NCBI GenBank assembly: GCA_010093995.1
Contig: ML992516.1
Coordinates: 123,413-187,412, forward strand
DNA length: 64,000 nucleotides
Reading direction: 5' to 3'
Origin: Elsinoe ampelina
Taxonomy: Eukaryota
Below, in pieces: positions 1 through 13,390 of the stretch (position 1 is the first letter of the stretch; every line of letters starts with the position of its first letter). Position numbers and translations under genes: made by a program. Below the pieces are notes generated by a model, which made no database searches, was not told the origin of the DNA, and saw only the letters and a program-made list of their open reading frames with translations.

Positions 1-145
1 ATCTATATTAAGATAATTACTTATATTAAAAGTAATCTTAGCTTTAAAATTAAATTCCTTAGGAGTAACAATAAGAGAGCCTTTAGCCTTAAATTTACTA
101 TCTTTCTAGATAGTAAAGGAATCTATTATAAGCTATCTACTCCCT

Positions 146-609
146 TGTTACGAACCGTCCAAACATAGCCTACGTTAGTAGTCTAAGCTAAGCTAAGAAC
201 GAGGTAGTTCTACTTCTATAGCAGTATAGTACTAAGGTAAGAGTCGGAGAAGATATATCTTATAGATAATAAAGTACAATTAGATAGTATTACAAAGGCT
301 AGCCTTAGTAATACTAGTGTTCGCTATCTAGACGAGGTTAACTATAGTACTTATATAAGGTAAGGACTGTTCCTATATATATGTGTTCTTTACTATATAC
401 TCTATATACTCTACGTACTTCGTAGTAGAGCCGCTAGAGAAGATAGAGTATACGCCCGCTAGTAACCTATGCGCTCTATAGTCTCTAGGGCAGAGCTACT
501 AGAGAAGATAGAGAACTAGGTAAATATCGAGCTAGGTCGCGTAATAACCTTAGTAGTTTAATTAGTCCTAATGTCTCTATACTCTAGCTTGTCCTACTAG
601 TTCGTAACA
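146..609 (-). repeat. 3' LTR of Gypsy element A (464 bp)
   Basis: Co-linear with 6705-7168, differing by transitions; TG...CA inverted termini. Confidence 0.97.
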
Positions 610-683
610 TTACTCTTCTCCTTTAATCGAGTTGTCCTAACGAGTAAGTATTCTTCTCTATCTTTACGCGCTATGTACTAAAT

Positions 684-1231
684 ATGCCTCCTAGTCGTTA
701 AAGGCATAGTAAATCTAGCATATCTATACGAAAGAATCTCTTAGAGTTTATCGAACTATTCGGAACTAATATGCTATAGGCTTATTCTTGTTATAAATCG
801 AAGGGGCTAGACTATAAGGTCTATGTTCGGTTAGGTATCTATAGCTAGTATATTGTAAGTAACTACTCTAGTTGTAATATTTAGGTAACAAAATCGAAAT
901 AGTAGCATCTCTAGTCTAAGTATATTCGTTTACGAAAGGAATTAGTTATAGCTAAGGCTACTAGAAAGAAAGCTAAAGAAGCTTATAAAAAGGCAAAAGA
1001 GGCTTATTAAAGAGCTATAGGCAATAAGCTTCGCCTATATAAAGAGATATAAAAGTTAGAGAATAAGGTGGAGAAAGTAATCTCTCTAGAGGAGACTTGT
1101 ATTTAAGTCTTAGAGTAGGAGGAAATGCTATCGTTAGTAGATCTCGTCCTACTATAGGACTAGCGATTATTTATGCCTAACTCCGACTAGAGTTCCTTAT
1201 TTAGCAACGATTAGGGTACTTCTATTGGCTA
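684..1231 (+). pseudogene. Antisense ORF in Gypsy A: Zn2Cys6-like cluster plus coiled coil, RIP-disrupted (3' end approximate)
   Basis: ATG at 684. The frame reads MPPSR*...AYSCYKSKGLDYKVYVRLGIYS*YIVSNYSSCNI*VTKSK**...LRKELVIAKATRKKAKEAYKKAKEAY*RA...KLENKVEKVISLEE. Reading TAT as pre-RIP TGT gives C-x2-C-x6-C-x8-C-x2-C-x7-C. Confidence 0.7.
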
Positions 1232-1289
1232 AGTAGTCTTCCTTAGGCATTCTTGTTTTTGTTTAGTGTTAGTAGCGTTAGGTCCGCCT

Positions 1290-4200
1290 AGTCGGTTTAC
1301 TTAGGATAGGTTTTTAGTTTAGTAATCTAGAATTGCTTACGAGGTAAGGTATTTCTCTAGTTCCTATATTGCCTTACTATACTAATGTTCTTTCTAGTAG
1401 ATAAGATAGTAGCGTTTTTCTTTTATAAGTTTATAACGTAAAACCCTTTCTATTTTATACTATAGCTCCTATGTTTCTTTATCTAGTTTAATAGGTCTAG
1501 GTATAGCGTTTTATAGTGCTTTCTCTAGTAGTAATATATAAAAGACTAAATAGATCCTTATATGTCTCGGTAGTTCTAGTTTATATACGTTCTTGTTTTT
1601 CTTTTCTAGGATCCTAAAGAGTTCTAGTTTAGTGTAGTTAAGTTTCTTACTCGGTTATTTCGTTTTAATGTTTTTACTAAGGAGGTAAACTTTCTCTCTC
1701 TCCTTTAGAATTAGTCCTATAATTCTCTTCTAGTTAGCAAATTCTACTATTCTTTATAATATAAATGCTATATTATAGTATAGCTAGTCGTGTAGTTTCT
1801 TAATGTTAGTAACTAGTATATTAGCGTCCTTAGATACTAGCTTAATTCTAAGTATGTCGTAGTATAGATCTAGGTATATCCTATAGTTTATATAGAATAG
1901 TAAAACTTTATTCGCGGACTTTCTATTGTTAATAGCAAGCTTTGCGAGCAGTAATAGCGTCGCCTATAAGTCTTACTTATAGTTTAGATAGCATCGTAGG
2001 TACTACTCTAGTACTTAATTTACCTATTTAGTTTGTCCGTCCGTTTATAGATAAAAGGAGGTTAATAGCTTATATTTAACTTCTAGTAGATCTATAAATA
2101 ATTGCTAGAATTATAACGTAAATAGCTTATCTCTATTAGTTATTAGGTCTCGTAGTACTCTATGTTATAAAACAATTATTCGGAGGAAGGTAAAGACTAT
2201 ATCCTCGGTAGTTGCTATTGTCTTATATAGTATAAAGTAGTAATACTTTATAAACCTATCTACTAGGACTAGAATACTATTGTACTTTACACCTATAAGA
2301 GGTTCTTCTAATAGCAGTAGAGGTCCTATAAAGTCCATTGTAACTAATTACTATAGCTTATCTAGTAGTAGTAAGGGTTATAGTAGGCTATATAGCTTAT
2401 GTCGTAAGTGCTTAGACTTATAGTATATATTACATGTAGTGACGTACGTCTTAATATTATTTCGGAGTCCTTTCTATAGGTAGTTTTATGTAATAAGTTT
2501 AATAGTCTTATTAATCCTACTATGTCCCGTAGTTAGGTTATTATAGTGTATTTAAATAACTTCTTTTTTCTATTCTTGCGTAAGCTCCTAGGTAAGGCTA
2601 TATAATTGCTCTACCTTCGGGTACTTATAGACTAAAGCGCTGTCTTACTACTTTAGCATAGAGGCCTCTATTATTGTTATATTCTTTAAGTAGTCTAGTT
2701 GTTAGCTAAGAGTATCTACTTCGCCGTTCTCTAATCTCTTAACATAGTAAATCTAAAAGTTATAGCTTATAAGTGTTTCTAACTATTAAACCTGTTGTCT
2801 ATTAAGAACCTTAGTTATTGTCTAATATAATAGGTTCTTATAGTCGGTATAGACTTATATAGGTAAGGTTATTCCTTCTAGGTATATATGCTATTTACGG
2901 AATACTTCTATAATCGTAAGTAATTCCTTATTATATATATCGTAGTTAAGTTTAGGCCTAGTCATTTTTCGTAAGTAGTATATAATTAGGCAGCGTCGTC
3001 CCTATACGTCTTTCTACGCTAGATACGCTTCTATTGTAAAGTCTAAGGTATCTATTTCTAGTAGTACTTATTAGTCTAAGTCGAAGAGTGCTAGGATAGG
3101 TACTATCGTAAGTCTAAGCTTTAGCTTCTTAAAGGCCTATCTATATCTTTTGTTAAAGACAAAGCTAGTTTTCTTTTTCGTAAGGTTAGATATTAGCGTA
3201 GCTACCTTAGAGAATTCTTTAACAAACTTATAGTAGTAGTTAAAGAACCCTAGTAGCGCTTAAACCTCCTTAACTGTCGTAGGTTCCGGCTAGTTATTTA
3301 CTAACTTAATCTTCTTCAGATCAGGTTTAATACTATTAGTAGATATAATATAGCTTAGAAATTGTATCTTATGCTTATAGAACTTATACTTAGAGAGTTT
3401 TACTAGTAGGTCTTTCTCTTTTAGTTTCTATAGCACTTTATAAATATGTCCTATATGTTTGTTATATATCTTTAAGAAAATAATAATATTGTCTAAATAT
3501 ACTAAGATAAAGTCGTTAAGGTATTCTTATAGAGTGTTATTAATTAACTCTTAGAAGGTTACGGGAGTATTAGTTAACTTAAAGAGTATAACGAGGTATT
3601 TATATAGACTCTATTATGTCCTAAAAGCCGTTTTCTACTCCTTACTCTCCTTTATTTATACTTTATAATAGGCATCCCTAATGTTAATTATAGTGAACTA
3701 TTTAGCTCTAAGTAGTTAGTCTTAGAGTTTGTTAATTCTAGGTAGGGGATAGCGATTCTTCCGGGTAAGTATATTAAGTTTCTAGTAATTAATATATATT
3801 TATAACGTCCTATCCTTCTTAGGTGCGAAAAGCACTCTGTACGTAATAGGTAATTTCAATAGTTGTATAAATTCTTTAAGTAAGTAATTATCAATGTAGT
3901 TCTTAAGGACGTCCTCTTCTTGTTTTAATAGTAGTATTAGACCTTAATAGTGTATCGAGGATTTACCTTCTTCAAAAGGTATTTCGTAATTCTATAGTTT
4001 ATGTTAGAGTAAGGCTATAATACCTTCCCTTTCTATAAATAAGTCCTTGAAGTCTTTATATTCTAGCGGAAGTGCTTAATTACTTACGCTAGCGATAGCC
4101 CTAACTATTAGTTGTACCTATACTATTCTTATAGTTAGTATTCGCAGAGCTAATTATACTTCCTACATCCTATAATTATACTTAGAGAATTCGAGTGTTC

Positions 4201-6650
4201 CTTTAATCTAGTCTACGTCTAGATTATATTATTAAAGCTAGTCTATGCTAAGTACTATATTATACTATATGTTAACTATATCGATTAATTGTTTTTCTAT
4301 ATATGTCTCGATTTTAATTATAACGTTTCGTAGTTCCTAAGTAACTTTCCTATTCTTCTCTATAGGGGTTCTATCTACTATAGTAAGTAGGTAAGGTAAC
4401 TCCTTCTAATATTAATAAGGTTTAAGCTATTTAGTAACTATTATAGAGATATAGCTATAGTTAGCTCCTAAATCTATTATTACTCTTACCTTATTTCCTT
4501 ATATCTAGGCTTCTAGTATAAAGTAATTTAACATATAGATCTTTATTATATTAAGGCTTTAGCTAGTATTGTTGTCTTACCTTATTAGGCGACAACTAGC
4601 TAGTTTTTTGTCATTGTAGCTCCTTAGATAAGTAGCTAATTCCTTCCTACGCGTATCTACTATTAGTACTATATCTATTAGGCAAGTTATATTTTATCGT
4701 TGTTTAATATAGCGAGGTAAACTTCTAGTACTTACGTTCCTTAATAACTATAAAGTCTAATAATTCTCTACTAGTTATACCGAGTAGTATTATATACCTA
4801 TACTAGTATAACTATCCCCTCCGGGTATAGCTAGGTATTAGCGTTAAAGACAAACGCGAGTTAAGTAGATTTGTCTTATTATGTTCTATTCTAGTAGTAG
4901 GTGTATATTATTATATAGTTTCTCTATATCCCTATAAAGTATACCTTAAGTCGTCCGCCTAGTAGTAGTACGTCGTCGTCTTTGTTGTTAGATAAGTCTT
5001 TATCTATGTTATTATATTATAGTTATTTAGTGTATTCTTCGTTATATTCCTCTTCGTCGCTACTACCCCTAGTATAGTTATAGTTAGTAAGGCTACACTA
5101 AGTACATTCCCGTACTTAGCTATAGAGAATAGTACTACCTATTTTAATTACCGAGAAGTCCGTAGTGTATTTAAGACTAATAGTCTCTTCTCTAAGTACA
5201 TTATATAAGTAAATATTATAGTACTATTCGTAATCTAGATTTGTACATTTCTAGAGCGATATATAATATACCTTTCCTTATAGTTTACTATAAGGGCTAA
5301 AGGTAAGGCTACTATATTGTCGTATAGCACTTATATCCTAATACTTCGTCTTGATAATCGTATATTAGTAATTGTCGCTAACTACCTTCTAAGGTTAGTT
5401 AATGTTACTACTAATTATAGAGAGCTCTTCTAGGTTAGGTTCCTAGTCTAGCTATTTCGTTAGTTGCCTACGCTTAGATAGCTTATATAGAAACTAACTA
5501 GATCCCTGCTTGTCTAATAAGTAAATATAATAAGAGTTATCGTAATATACTATCTATAATAGCGTTACGTATTAGCTTTGTTATTTGCTATTAGTTATAG
5601 AGATGTTAAGTATAACATCTAGAGAGGATTCTATTACCTCTCGAGTCGTCGTAGACTCCTTCTATATTTCCTTATCTACGCTAAAGGTCGTTAGGTCTTC
5701 TATAGTAGTGTTAGCCTTTTTCTCTACTAGCCCGGCAACTATTATATATAATTTATCGGCTAGCGCCCCTTATTAGTAGTCTCTAGCCCGATGCCTAGGT
5801 CTTTTACACTTAAAATATAGGTTGTCTTATCTATACTTCTCTCTCTCTTTTCTACTAAGGAACTTTCCTCTATAACTTTAGCCTTATACCTATAAGGGGC
5901 AACCTTCGCGTATAGCGTTAAGTTCTATAGGGTCTCTATAGTTTCGAGAGAAACGCGTGTATCTAGTGTTTACCTTATATCCTCTATAACGTTCTATACG
6001 TCGTTCGTAAAGTCGGTTATTAATAGCAATTGTAGTATCTACTAGTTCTTAGAGGCTATTAGGCGGCTTAGGTATTATTTAGTCCTTGACTAAGTCGCTT
6101 AGTCCTTAGTAGAATACTAAATGTTTAGTACTATTATTCTAGTCTAGGTGTATTACAAGTTATTAGAACTAGGAGTAGTACTAGGCTATAGACCTACGTT
6201 ATTATAGTTGTTAGATCTTCGTCGTAGTAATACATTCCTTATTAGATACGTTAAAGACTTGCTTAATCTTTGCCTAGAAGATGCTAAAGCTCTTAAAGAT
6301 AGCCTTTATATCTAGGCCTAGTTATCTATCTAGGTAGCTACTTATATAAGGCTCGAACTACCTAAAGGTAGCGCCTTTAAGGTATATCCCGGCATAGAGG
6401 ACCTTTACTGCGTTATTAGCGTACTTGTTCTTCTCTAGAGCAAAGAAGGCTTTAAGTTAAATAAGAAAGCGCCTTAAGTAGGCGTAGTCCCTATAGAAGA
6501 GTTCCACTTCTAACTTAGGCTTACTCTATCTCTCCCCTATACTAAGAGACCTTCTATATTTGCCCGAGGTTAAACTAGTAGTAGATATGTCGTTAATAGT
6601 AAGCTTTCCTAGCTTACTAGCGATTGAAGATACTAATAGTAACTTAGAGC
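1290..6650 (-). pseudogene. gag-pol of Gypsy element A (boundaries approximate)
   Basis: Recognisable PR-RT-RH-IN-chromodomain motifs with many TAA/TAG stops of RIP type. Confidence 0.85.
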
Positions 6651-6704
6651 GAGAGTTACTTATTAACCTCGTAGCGTACTATACTATAGTAAGGGTAGTT
6701 AAAA

Positions 6705-7168
6705 TGTTACGAACTGTCTAAACATAGCCTACGTTAGTAGTCTAAGCTAAGCCAAGAACGAGGTAGTTTTACTTCTATAGTAGTATAGCACTAAGGTAAG
6801 AGTTAGAGAAGGTATGTCTTATAGATAATAAAGTATAATTAGATAGTATTATAAAGGCTAGCCTTAGTAATACTAGTGTTTACTATCTAGACGAGGTTAA
6901 CTATAGTACTTACATAAGGTAAGGACTGTTCCTATATATATGTGTTCTTTACTACGTACCTTGTATGCTCTATATGCTCCGTAGTAGAGCCGCTAGAGAA
7001 GACAAAGTACACGCCCGCTAGTAACCTACGCGCTCTATAGTCTCCGGGGTAGAGCCGCTAGAGAAGATAGAGAACCGGGTAAACGTCGGGCCAGGTTACG
7101 TAATAACCTTAGCAGTTTAATTAGTCCTAACGTCTCCGCGCTCTAGCTTGTTCTACTAGTTCGTAACA
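6705..7168 (-). repeat. 5' LTR of Gypsy element A (464 bp)
   Basis: Matches 146-609; retains more C/G in 6950-7140. Confidence 0.97.
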
Positions 7169-7441
7169 TCCCTATACTTAAGCTTAGAATAGTTATAATA
7201 AAAAGATAAAAGCTATACTATTAAGGAGAGTAAGATTAATTACTATCTTTACTAATCTACTAAGAGAATTATACTCTAAACTATATAGATTAGTAGCCTA
7301 TCTAATTAATAGAACACCTCTTAAGAAGCTAGACTAAAAGACTCCTTTTAAGCTAATTTATAAATGCCCTCTATTAGTTACTTATCTTAGGCTACTTAGA
7401 TGTAAAGCTTATACTTTAGATAAGCTTATTATAAGTAGTAA

Positions 7442-7860
7442 NNNNNNNNNNNNNNNNNNNNNNNNNNNNNNNNNNNNNNNNNNNNNNNNNNNNNNNNNNN
7501 NNNNNNNNNNNNNNNNNNNNNNNNNNNNNNNNNNNNNNNNNNNNNNNNNNNNNNNNNNNNNNNNNNNNNNNNNNNNNNNNNNNNNNNNNNNNNNNNNNNN
7601 NNNNNNNNNNNNNNNNNNNNNNNNNNNNNNNNNNNNNNNNNNNNNNNNNNNNNNNNNNNNNNNNNNNNNNNNNNNNNNNNNNNNNNNNNNNNNNNNNNNN
7701 NNNNNNNNNNNNNNNNNNNNNNNNNNNNNNNNNNNNNNNNNNNNNNNNNNNNNNNNNNNNNNNNNNNNNNNNNNNNNNNNNNNNNNNNNNNNNNNNNNNN
7801 NNNNNNNNNNNNNNNNNNNNNNNNNNNNNNNNNNNNNNNNNNNNNNNNNNNNNNNNNNNN
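7442..7860. other. Assembly gap (N run)
   Basis: Run of N; further gaps at 8777-8786 and 25946-26000. Confidence 1.
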
Positions 7861-7930
7861 ATCTAGTTTAGTATCTAGTTTAGAGTCTAGTTTAATATCT
7901 AGTTTAGAATCTAGTTTAGAGTCTATCTTA
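7861..7930 (+). repeat. 12-bp tandem repeat (ATCTAGTTTAGN-like) in the Copia IN-RT linker
   Basis: About 5-6 imperfect 12-nt units, continuing into the gap. Confidence 0.8.
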
Positions 7931-9247
7931 GCCTCTAATATAGACTAAGACTCTAGCTAAGGATCTAGCTTAAGGGCTAAGCCTATCTTAGTTACTAGTT
8001 TATAAGCCTTATAATTCTTATTTACTAGTGTAATTAGCACTAAATCCGCTATCCCTAGATCTAAGCCCGGCTTAGATTAAGGATAGTACCTTAGTAGACT
8101 AGTTCTTTAATGCTCTAGCCTTACCTCTATTAATAGTAATATAGCTATCTCCTCTACTAATAGGAGGAGTTAAAGCTAAGAGGAATAAGGAGAAAGGTTA
8201 AACTAAAGAGGTAGTTAAAGCCTAACCTAAGTAACCCCCTTAAAGAATTGCTACTAGGTTAGCTAACCTTCTTCCTAAGTATATTTTTACTATAAGAAGA
8301 ACAAGGAAGCTAAGGAGGTAGACATATATTACTACCCTTATATAAACTAATAAGGCTCCTAGATATTACTAAGCCTTTAATGCTTATCTATTAATAAAGC
8401 TAATATAGCCTAAGCTAGAATTAAGAGATAATCTTCCTCTACTACTAGCTAATATTAAAGAGCTTAAAGCTTACCCTTATAGAAAGTAATTTTAAGAAGC
8501 TATAAAGGCTAAATTGCTTACTTTATACTTAAAACACACATGGACTATTATGCTAGCTACTTAAGCAATAGGTAAGCCTATCTCTTTAATATAGGTATTT
8601 ACCTATAAAGTTAATAATAAAGGAGAGGTTATAAAGTATAAAGTAAGAATCTATATAAGAGGTAATCTCTAATTAATAGAATTAGAGACTTATATAGTAA
8701 CTCTAGTAGCTAAGATCTTTAGAATGCTTATAGCTCTACTTGCTTATAAAGATATAGAGGCTATCTAGATAGATATNNNNNNNNNNCTTATAGCTCTACT
8801 TGCTTATAAAGATATAGAGGCTATCTAGATAGATATTATTAATGCCTATATTAATAGCTCTATTAATAAGACTACCTACTACACTATTCCTTAAGATAAA
8901 GGTACTTAGAGATCTAAGCTAGTTTCTAGCTATCTAAGTTATAAGGGATAGAGCAACTAAGAAGCTATAGCTTAGTTAAGCCTAGTATATATAGTAGATA
9001 TATAGTAAATTTATTATAGAGCTAATAAGGCTAATATTAATACTACTCCTAATTAAGATACTCTAGCCTTATAAAGGCTAAGTATTACTATAAGAGATCT
9101 ACCTATACTAGTAGAAGGTTAGATCTATTAACTTTATAGCTGTTATTATAAGGCCTAATATTGCCTTTGCTACTTCTAGATTATTAGAGCACTTAACTAA
9201 TCTATTACTAACTTACTAGAGGCTAGTAAATAGAGTAATCTAGTATC

Positions 9248-9446
9248 TAATTACAACTAGTAAGATAAGAGGTTAATTACGTCTATTTATTAAGATATTA
9301 AGACTTAGAAGAAGAAGAAAACTAGTGTACAAAGCACGCGTAATATTAAGGGCGAAGTAGCTAGAAGCCTAGGCCGTAATACTAAGATTATATAACTAAT
9401 CTAAACTAGATCCTAACTAAATCTAGTTTATATCTATCTTATATTA
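9248..9446 (-). repeat. 3' LTR of Gypsy element B (199 bp)
   Basis: Co-linear with 23137-23335. Confidence 0.93.
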
Positions 9447-12400
9447 CTACCTTCTCTCTTAAGCGCGTTTACTCTTAAACGCTATTATATATTATTTATT
9501 AATCTATTTCGGCCTTAGCTTATCTATGTAAGAGTCTAGATAGTTACGTAGTATGTCGGCTACTCCTTTAAGATTATTAATTAGCCACTAGGTAAGATCC
9601 TTTAGATAGCTCTTCTAGCTTATATAAGTAACTAGCTTCTCTTATAGTATATGTATATTAATTACATTATCTACCTTATACTCTTCCTTACTATCGACCT
9701 CTACTAGAGGTAGTTCCTTAAAGGCTTAGCCTAGTAGAGGGTTATTTAGGTGCTTAGTAAGGAGGTTAGTATAGAATATAGAGTAAATCCTTTATAGAGT
9801 AGCTAGTAGATTAAGCTTATATACTAATAGCGACTGTTTTTTAAGGATCTTATAAGGACTAATATACTTTAGTAGTAGCTTTAAATTACCTAGTAACCGG
9901 AGGTTCTTTATTAATAGCTAAACTAAATTACTTACCTCGAACTCTATTAGCTAGTAGTATCTATTAGCTTGCTCTACTATTCGTAATTAGGCGATAGCGA
10001 GGTTAGCCTTAGTAATAGCTAGCGCTTCTTCTAGTTACTTAGTAAGGGCGCGAATGTTAGTCTTATTTAGCTTAGCTCTCGTTAATAGTATGTTAGAAGG
10101 GAGCTAGAAGCTTAGCCTAGGCTTATATTCCCTAGTAACCTCGAATAGTAATAGCTTTATACTTTCTAATAGGCTAGTATTAGTAGAGAACTCTACTACT
10201 AGTAGAACAAGAGTCTAATTACTAAAACGTACAAATAACTCGCTTAAACTTGTAATTTATAACCTCTAATTAGCTATCTATTTATAGGTGCCCTATAGTA
10301 GATAGTTTAGTAGTAATCTTTAGGATTTAGTAGAGCCTTTTCTATACGTCGCTAACGAACTAAGGGCCGTAGTTAGAGGTAATACTATCTAGTAGGCTAT
10401 ATAGTCTCTAAACGTAGAAGAATAATAACTTAGTAGTCTTAAACGCTAAGGTGCCTCCTTCTCTAGAGAAGTAAGAGACTAAGTATCGTTCCTTAGATAA
10501 GCGATCGACAATATATAGTACTACGTTATAGCTATCTACTAAGAGTAGGCTAGTAATAAAGTCTATAGTAATATATTACTAAGGCCTTTCCGGAATAGGT
10601 AATAGCGATAAGAGGCCGGCTAGTAAACTATAATAAGCCTTTAAACGCTTATAGTTATAATAGTTAGCAATAAACCTCTTAACGTTGCTATCGTATCTAG
10701 AGATATAGAAAGTAGACTTTATTATAGTAGCTATCTTAGTAGCTCCTACGTGTATATAATTCTTCGATGTATAAACTTCTTAGATAACCTTCGCAGCTAT
10801 AGAGAAAGGCACAATTAGTCGGCTATTAGCCTATAGTATTCCCTTTTTAATTGTGACATTAGTTAATAGTAGCTATTTTCTCTTTAGGAAGGCTTCTATT
10901 ATATAGTAGATACTACGAACTGTCTCGAAATTAGAGTCTCGTAGGTTAGCTTTAGCTACTTCGTTAAAAAGAGATAAAGGCTCTTCTATAGCTAAGATAG
11001 GTACTACGTAGATACCTAGTTTAGCAGCCGAAATAGGCGCTAATATAGGTAGCGAAATAGAAGGCAAACTAGATAGCGAACTAGTTCGCGAACTAGATGC
11101 TAAACTAGATCTTAGTTCGGCTTAGATTAGTAATCTAGTTTAGATGCGACCTAGATTTAGTTTGTTAATAATACGCTAATCTAGCACCTTATATAGTAGT
11201 AGTGTCTAGCGTAGATTAGAGTCTTCTTTCGAATGTAGTACGTCTCTATTCCTCCTTATAAGTGTATTAGCTTTGCTATTAGTAGTGCTAGGCCTATATA
11301 TAATCTTAAAGTTAAACTACGTAAGGTAGAGAGCCTAGCGGGCTTAGTAGCGTAATAGCTTCTAAGTCTTTATAAAGTGCATTAAGGATTAGTAGTCGAT
11401 AAGAACGTAGATAGCCTTATTAGATTAAGTGCTTATAAGCTTAGGGGCCTACTTCTCGAAGGCTTAGATAATAGCTAGTAGTTCCTTGTCGTAGATAGCG
11501 TAATTACGTTCGGCTTTATTTATAGATTTACTAAAAAAGGTAATAGGCTAAAGAACGTTAGACTTATTATATTATAATAGAATTCTAGCGGTAGTAGTAT
11601 TAGAGGTGTCTATCTTAAGGACTATCTATTTTAAGCAATTAAAGTACGTAAGGATAGGCACGCTTATAATAGTATACTTTATATAATTAAACGTAGTAGT
11701 ATACTTGTTATTCTATAGTATAGTGTCCTTCTTAAGTAGATTGTTTAGCAGCTTAGCAATAGTGCTAAATCCCTTAATAAAGCAACAATAGTAGCTATAG
11801 AAGCTAATAAAGCTCCTTACCTAAGTAGTGTTACTAGGGGCTAGCTATTTCTACGCTTATATAGCTTCTACCTTCTTAGGATCTATCTTAACTCTATCTT
11901 AGCTAACAATAATACTAAGGTACTTTACCTCTATTAGGTAGAACTTACTCTTCTTAATGTCGGCGTTTAGGCCTAATTTATAGAGCCTCTAGAGCACGAG
12001 CTTAATATGCTTAGCGTGCTTTTAGTAAGTACCGTTAGTATAGATAAGAATATTATCTAGATAGATCGATATAAAGCGCTCTAGTATATTAACGAAGTTA
12101 TAATTTATAAACCTCTACTAGACTATAGAGGCGTTAGTAAGGCTAAAAGGTATTACTAACTACTTAAAGTTACTTATATATATAGAGAACATAGTTAGAT
12201 CCTTACTATTAATAGAGTTATAGAGGCGATAGAAGGCTTAATAGATATTAATCTTACTAAACTATTTAGCCTTACTTATATATATAAGTGTTTCTTCGAT
12301 AAGAAGTAGTAGATAGATATCTTACTTAGTTACCTTATTAAGGCTATAGTAATCGATATAGAGGTAGAGACCTCTACCTAGCTTACGAATAAAGAGAATA

Positions 12401-13390
12401 GGTAATAAGTAGCTAGTAGAGCTTAGCGTAACAAAGCCTTTATTAAGGTATTTATAGATAAATTACTCTACTATATTAAGCTCCTCGGGGGATAGGTGCT
12501 ATAGGGGTTCTATATATAGTAGTTTAGTACTATTCTTAAGTATAATCTAGTTGTCGAATCCCGGCCGATATAGAGGAAGAGTATTAGATTATTCTTTAGA
12601 GAAGACATTAGTAAATTCGTATAGCTCTTCTAGAAGAACTACTATAGGATCTAGTTCTAGCTTAGAGACTATCTAGTAGTAGTCCTCGATATTCTTTACT
12701 AAGATTATAAACACCTCGTTCTTTTAGTATTTAGCTACTAATATAAAGGCAGCTACGCCGATAAAGGTAATAGTTAGCTCTTTCTATTTAGCGTTACTTA
12801 CGTAGGCAAGTAAGTAGAAGAACTTATATATTAACTAAGTACTATAGGAGATTAGCTTAAACTCTCTCTAATTTAGCTTAAAGTTCGACCTAAAAGCTAG
12901 TAGCTAATATAGTCTAGTTCGTCCTAACTTAGTAGCTAAGCTAGAACTAGTGTAACTATTAGGGCAGAGTTAGGGCGGCTAAAGGCCGACTCCGGTGCTA
13001 GTACAGAGCTATTCTTAGCGAGTTAGCACCTAGTGCTAAACTAAATAGCACTAGCTCTATACTCTACTATATTAGCACTAGTACTAGTACTACGCTAAGC
13101 TATACTAGTACTAGCACCGCACCGTAGTTAAGTAAGAATAGTACTACACTATAATAGCGCTATACTATACTACGATAGTACTATACTAAATTAGCACCGG
13201 GGTTAAATCCTAGTATTATACTACGTTATAGTACTACGCCTTAGTTAGGCTTTAAGGCGACTATAGTTACTATACTATACTTTAGTATTATAATAAGTCT
13301 ATAGAAAGGAAATTTAATAGTCTAGTCTATGTAAAAATACACCTATCTATTTCTTATAGTCTATTCTTATAGCATTATAGAGGAGAGGTT

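Larger units (their letters stand above)
146..7168 (-). mobile_element. Full-length RIP-inactivated Ty3/Gypsy chromovirus (element A)
   Basis: Two 464-bp LTRs TGTTACGAAC...GTTCGTAACA. Perfect 5-bp TSD TCCCT (141-145, 7169-7173). Polypurine tract on the minus strand next to the left LTR (610-626). Minus-strand remnants of gag with a CCHC knuckle (~5770-5820), protease (~4470), RT (YLDNIII at ~3485-3505), RNase H, integrase and chromodomain (YYLIY*K...*EL, ~1340-1420). Confidence 0.95.

Noticed and set aside
5585..5776. Short ORF-track ORFs in the AT-rich block (also 10873-11067 and 14613-14882)
   Set aside because: Chance stop-free stretches in or antisense to RIPed transposon genes.
6680..6704. 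Possible Tf1-type self-priming site next to the 5' LTR of Gypsy A
   Set aside because: Only ~7 nt of complementarity (TTAACTA) in RIPed AT-rich DNA; not distinguishable from chance.
8727..8836. 50-bp direct duplication flanking a 10-N gap
   Set aside because: Identical sequence on both sides of a scaffold gap; most likely an unmerged contig overlap.
12975..13290. Dense short repeats resembling a CRISPR-like or satellite array (also 20530-20765)
   Set aside because: No constant repeat-spacer period; these are subterminal repeats of the hAT element in a eukaryotic context.
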